A stretch of DNA of 26,112 bases from Gemmatimonadales bacterium. GTDB taxonomy: Bacteria > Gemmatimonadota > Gemmatimonadetes > Gemmatimonadales > GWC2-71-9. The notes under the pieces are model-generated. The model was not told where the DNA came from and did not search any database. It worked only from the letters and a program-made list of their open reading frames with translations. The stretch covers positions 1 through 26,112 of the forward strand of contig DATHGL010000419.1 in the NCBI GenBank assembly GCA_035317625.1, written 5' to 3'. Shown here one piece after another: positions 24,237 through 26,112 of the stretch. The translations under genes were made by a program, and so were the position numbers. The stretch's first letter is position 1, and each line of letters begins with the position of its first letter.

Positions 24237-25175
24237 ATGACTGCCACGACTCCGCAACCGACCGTGCGGGCGACCCGCCTCGCGGGTTACCTCTTTGCCC
24301 TCGGCGCCGGCGCCGTGTGGGGCACCACCGGCCCCCTGTCCACGGCGCTGTATCGCGCGGGTGAGGCGATCACGGGAATCGGCTTCTGGCGCCTCGTCGT
24401 GGGGCTCGTCGGCTTCATCGTGTACGGCCTGTTTCGGCCGCAGCTGTTCCGGATCGACCGCAAAGCCTGGCTGCTGGTGGGCCTGGGCGGCGGCACGCTG
24501 GTCGCATTGTTCGAAGTCGCGTATCAGTTCGGCATCGCGGGGACGGGTGTCGCGGGCGCGGCGGCGCTGCTCTACATCGCACCGGTGCTCGTCGCCATCC
24601 TCGCGAAGCCGATCCTGGGCGAGCCGCTGACCGCGCTGCGCGTGGCGCTCGCCCTCGTCGTGATGGCGGGCGCGGCGCTCACGGTCCAGGGCGGCAGCCA
24701 CGGCGCCGGGTCGGCGGCCGTCCCGCTGCCCAGCCTGATCGAGGGCGTGGCAGGCGGGCTCCTCGCCATGCTGTCCTACGCCGGCACGACCCTGCTCGCG
24801 CGCTACGCAGTGCCCCGATACGGAGCGCTCCAGGTGCTGTTCCTCGAGATCGTGGGCGGCGTCGTGGTGCTCGGAATGGTGCTGCCGCTCGCGGGGCACG
24901 CACCGCTGGCGCCGCACACCGCGGGAGCGTGGACCTACATCCTCCTCCTGTCCCTCGGCTCGGTGCTCGCCGCGAACTTCCTGTTCTTCGCCGCCCTGCG
25001 GCGGATCGACGCTGCCCCGACCGCCGTCGCGGCGACGATCGAGCCGGTGGTGGGGACATTACTCGCCCTGGCCCTGTTCAATCAGCAATTGACCCCGCTT
25101 GGCTGGCTCGGTCTCGCGATGGTCGTGGGTGGGGTGGCGACCGGGTACCTGCAGGAAGGGAAGCCGACGGTCTAA
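24237..25175 (+). CDS. EamA / DMT family transporter
   Basis: About 10 TM helices in two repeats, with AGAVWGTTG, ALLYIAPVLV and ATIEPVVG. Confidence 0.9.
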   Translation: MTATTPQPTVRATRLAGYLFALGAGAVWGTTGPLSTALYRAGEAITGIGFWRLVVGLVGFIVYGLFRPQLFRIDRKAWLLVGLGGGTLVALFEVAYQFGIAGTGVAGAAALLYIAPVLVAILAKPILGEPLTALRVALALVVMAGAALTVQGGSHGAGSAAVPLPSLIEGVAGGLLAMLSYAGTTLLARYAVPRYGALQVLFLEIVGGVVVLGMVLPLAGHAPLAPHTAGAWTYILLLSLGSVLAANFLFFAALRRIDAAPTAVAATIEPVVGTLLALALFNQQLTPLGWLGLAMVVGGVATGYLQEGKPTV

Positions 25176-25558
25176 GAGGACGACCTGGCCGTCGTGGCGT
25201 CCTGGCGTCGGGTAACGCCATTCATGACGAGCTCCAGCGCGACGAGGAAGACCCCGCCCCACACCAGCGCCGGGAGGTCGCTCAGATCCCGGCCCAACCT
25301 GACCCAGAGCCAGCGGGCGATCAGGTAGCACCACAGCCCCCCGGCGAACCAGCCGGCGACGCGTACCAGACGCCCCACGCCGCTGCGAATGTCGGGGAGG
25401 GTGAGCAGAATCGCCTCGATGTAGTGGCCGAAAAAGGTGAAGCAGAACGCGACGGTGAACGCGTCGACGAAGTCCGACACCAACGACGCGTGGCGCGGCA
25501 GCGCAAGCAGCAACCCGAAGCCCAGCACGAGGGCCGCGACCGTGTTGCGGGTCAGCAT
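25172..25558 (-). CDS. Hypothetical membrane protein (128 aa, about 4 TM)
   Basis: C-terminal part of the 25172..25897 ORF from ATG 25558 (MLTRNTVAALVLGFGLLL...). Hydrophobic throughout. Confidence 0.65.
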   Translation of the reverse strand: MLTRNTVAALVLGFGLLLALPRHASLVSDFVDAFTVAFCFTFFGHYIEAILLTLPDIRSGVGRLVRVAGWFAGGLWCYLIARWLWVRLGRDLSDLPALVWGGVFLVALELVMNGVTRRQDATTARSSS

Positions 25559-25578
25559 CTGAGGGAACGGCTCGTCCA

Positions 25579-26112
25579 CTAGTGGCCTCCCGTCGGAGCC
25601 GGCTTGAGGTACTGGTCGAGCCAGTCGAGCACCGTCCCCCACCACAGGCGGCGGTTGCGCGGCCGCGTGATCCAGTGACCCTCGTCCGGAAAATACAGGA
25701 ACTTGGCGGGCACGCCCATCACTTTGGCGGCCGTGAACGCCTGGTAGCCCTCCGAGAGATCCACCCGATAGTCGAGCTGGGAGTGCACGATCAGGATTGG
25801 CGTCTTCCAGCTCCGCACGAAATTGAGCGGCGACCATTTCTCGTACAGCGGGCGGTTGGCGTACGGCGTGCCCGCGAACTCCCAGTTCGGGAACCACAGC
25901 TCCTCGGTGGAGCCCGCCATGCTCGCCGGGTTGAACACGCCGTCGTGCGCCACCAACGCCCTGAAGCGGTTCGTGTGTCCCTCGATCCAGTAGATCATGT
26001 AGCCGCCGTAGGAGGCCCCCGCCGCGCCCATGCGGGTCGAGTCCACGTACGGCAGCCGGGCCACGACGTCCAGCCCCTTCATCAGGTCTTCGTACGGGTA
26101 GTCCCCCCAGTG
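25579..26112 (-). CDS. S9 family serine peptidase (acylaminoacyl / dipeptidyl peptidase-like), 5' end outside window
   Basis: GASYGG nucleophile, DYRV acid, DEGHW His. Frame is open to the window end (HWGDYPYEDLMKG...). Confidence 0.92.
   Translation of the reverse strand, partial: HWGDYPYEDLMKGLDVVARLPYVDSTRMGAAGASYGGYMIYWIEGHTNRFRALVAHDGVFNPASMAGSTEELWFPNWEFAGTPYANRPLYEKWSPLNFVRSWKTPILIVHSQLDYRVDLSEGYQAFTAAKVMGVPAKFLYFPDEGHWITRPRNRRLWWGTVLDWLDQYLKPAPTGGH

Noticed and set aside
1-26112. CRISPR arrays, tRNA/rRNA genes, transposases, integrases, defence or toxin-antitoxin systems
   Set aside because: I found no regularly spaced repeats, RNA-gene signatures or relevant protein motifs by eye. 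A covariance-model search would be needed to exclude small ncRNAs.

Overview
GC-rich (about 70% by spot counts), gene-dense bacterial chromosomal segment, plausibly Gemmatimonadota-like (inference from composition and gene content only). I support 27 CDSs, two of them cut by the window edges, and see no rRNA, tRNA, CRISPR array or mobile element. In order: methyl-accepting chemotaxis protein; sodC; cytochrome c fused to a beta-strand-rich domain; amidohydrolase; lipoprotein; MsrPQ-like cytochrome b plus molybdoenzyme; CBM9/DUF5916 protein; M1 aminopeptidase; sensor-HAMP-Ser/Thr kinase; di-heme CCP/MauG-like lipoprotein; FAD reductase with a divergent Cys-rich HTH regulator; DinB-like gene; PHP and GNAT genes; dppA; a membrane protein-wHTH-uppS-DUF4153 module; PhzF; EamA; S9 peptidase. 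The strongest leads are (1) a 52-aa basic ORF, present in the ORF track only as the tail of a longer ORF, with an ArfA/BrfA-like Y-x-R-x-x-K-H motif, (2) the uppS module, whose palindromic operator recurs on top of the uppS start codon, (3) a Cache-like/HAMP receptor with a Hanks-type kinase output, (4) a di-heme enzyme with no Met available to ligate its C-terminal heme, next to operator-like inverted repeats, and (5) repeated leaderless and bidirectional -10 promoters. Family assignments are by motif recognition, not database search.
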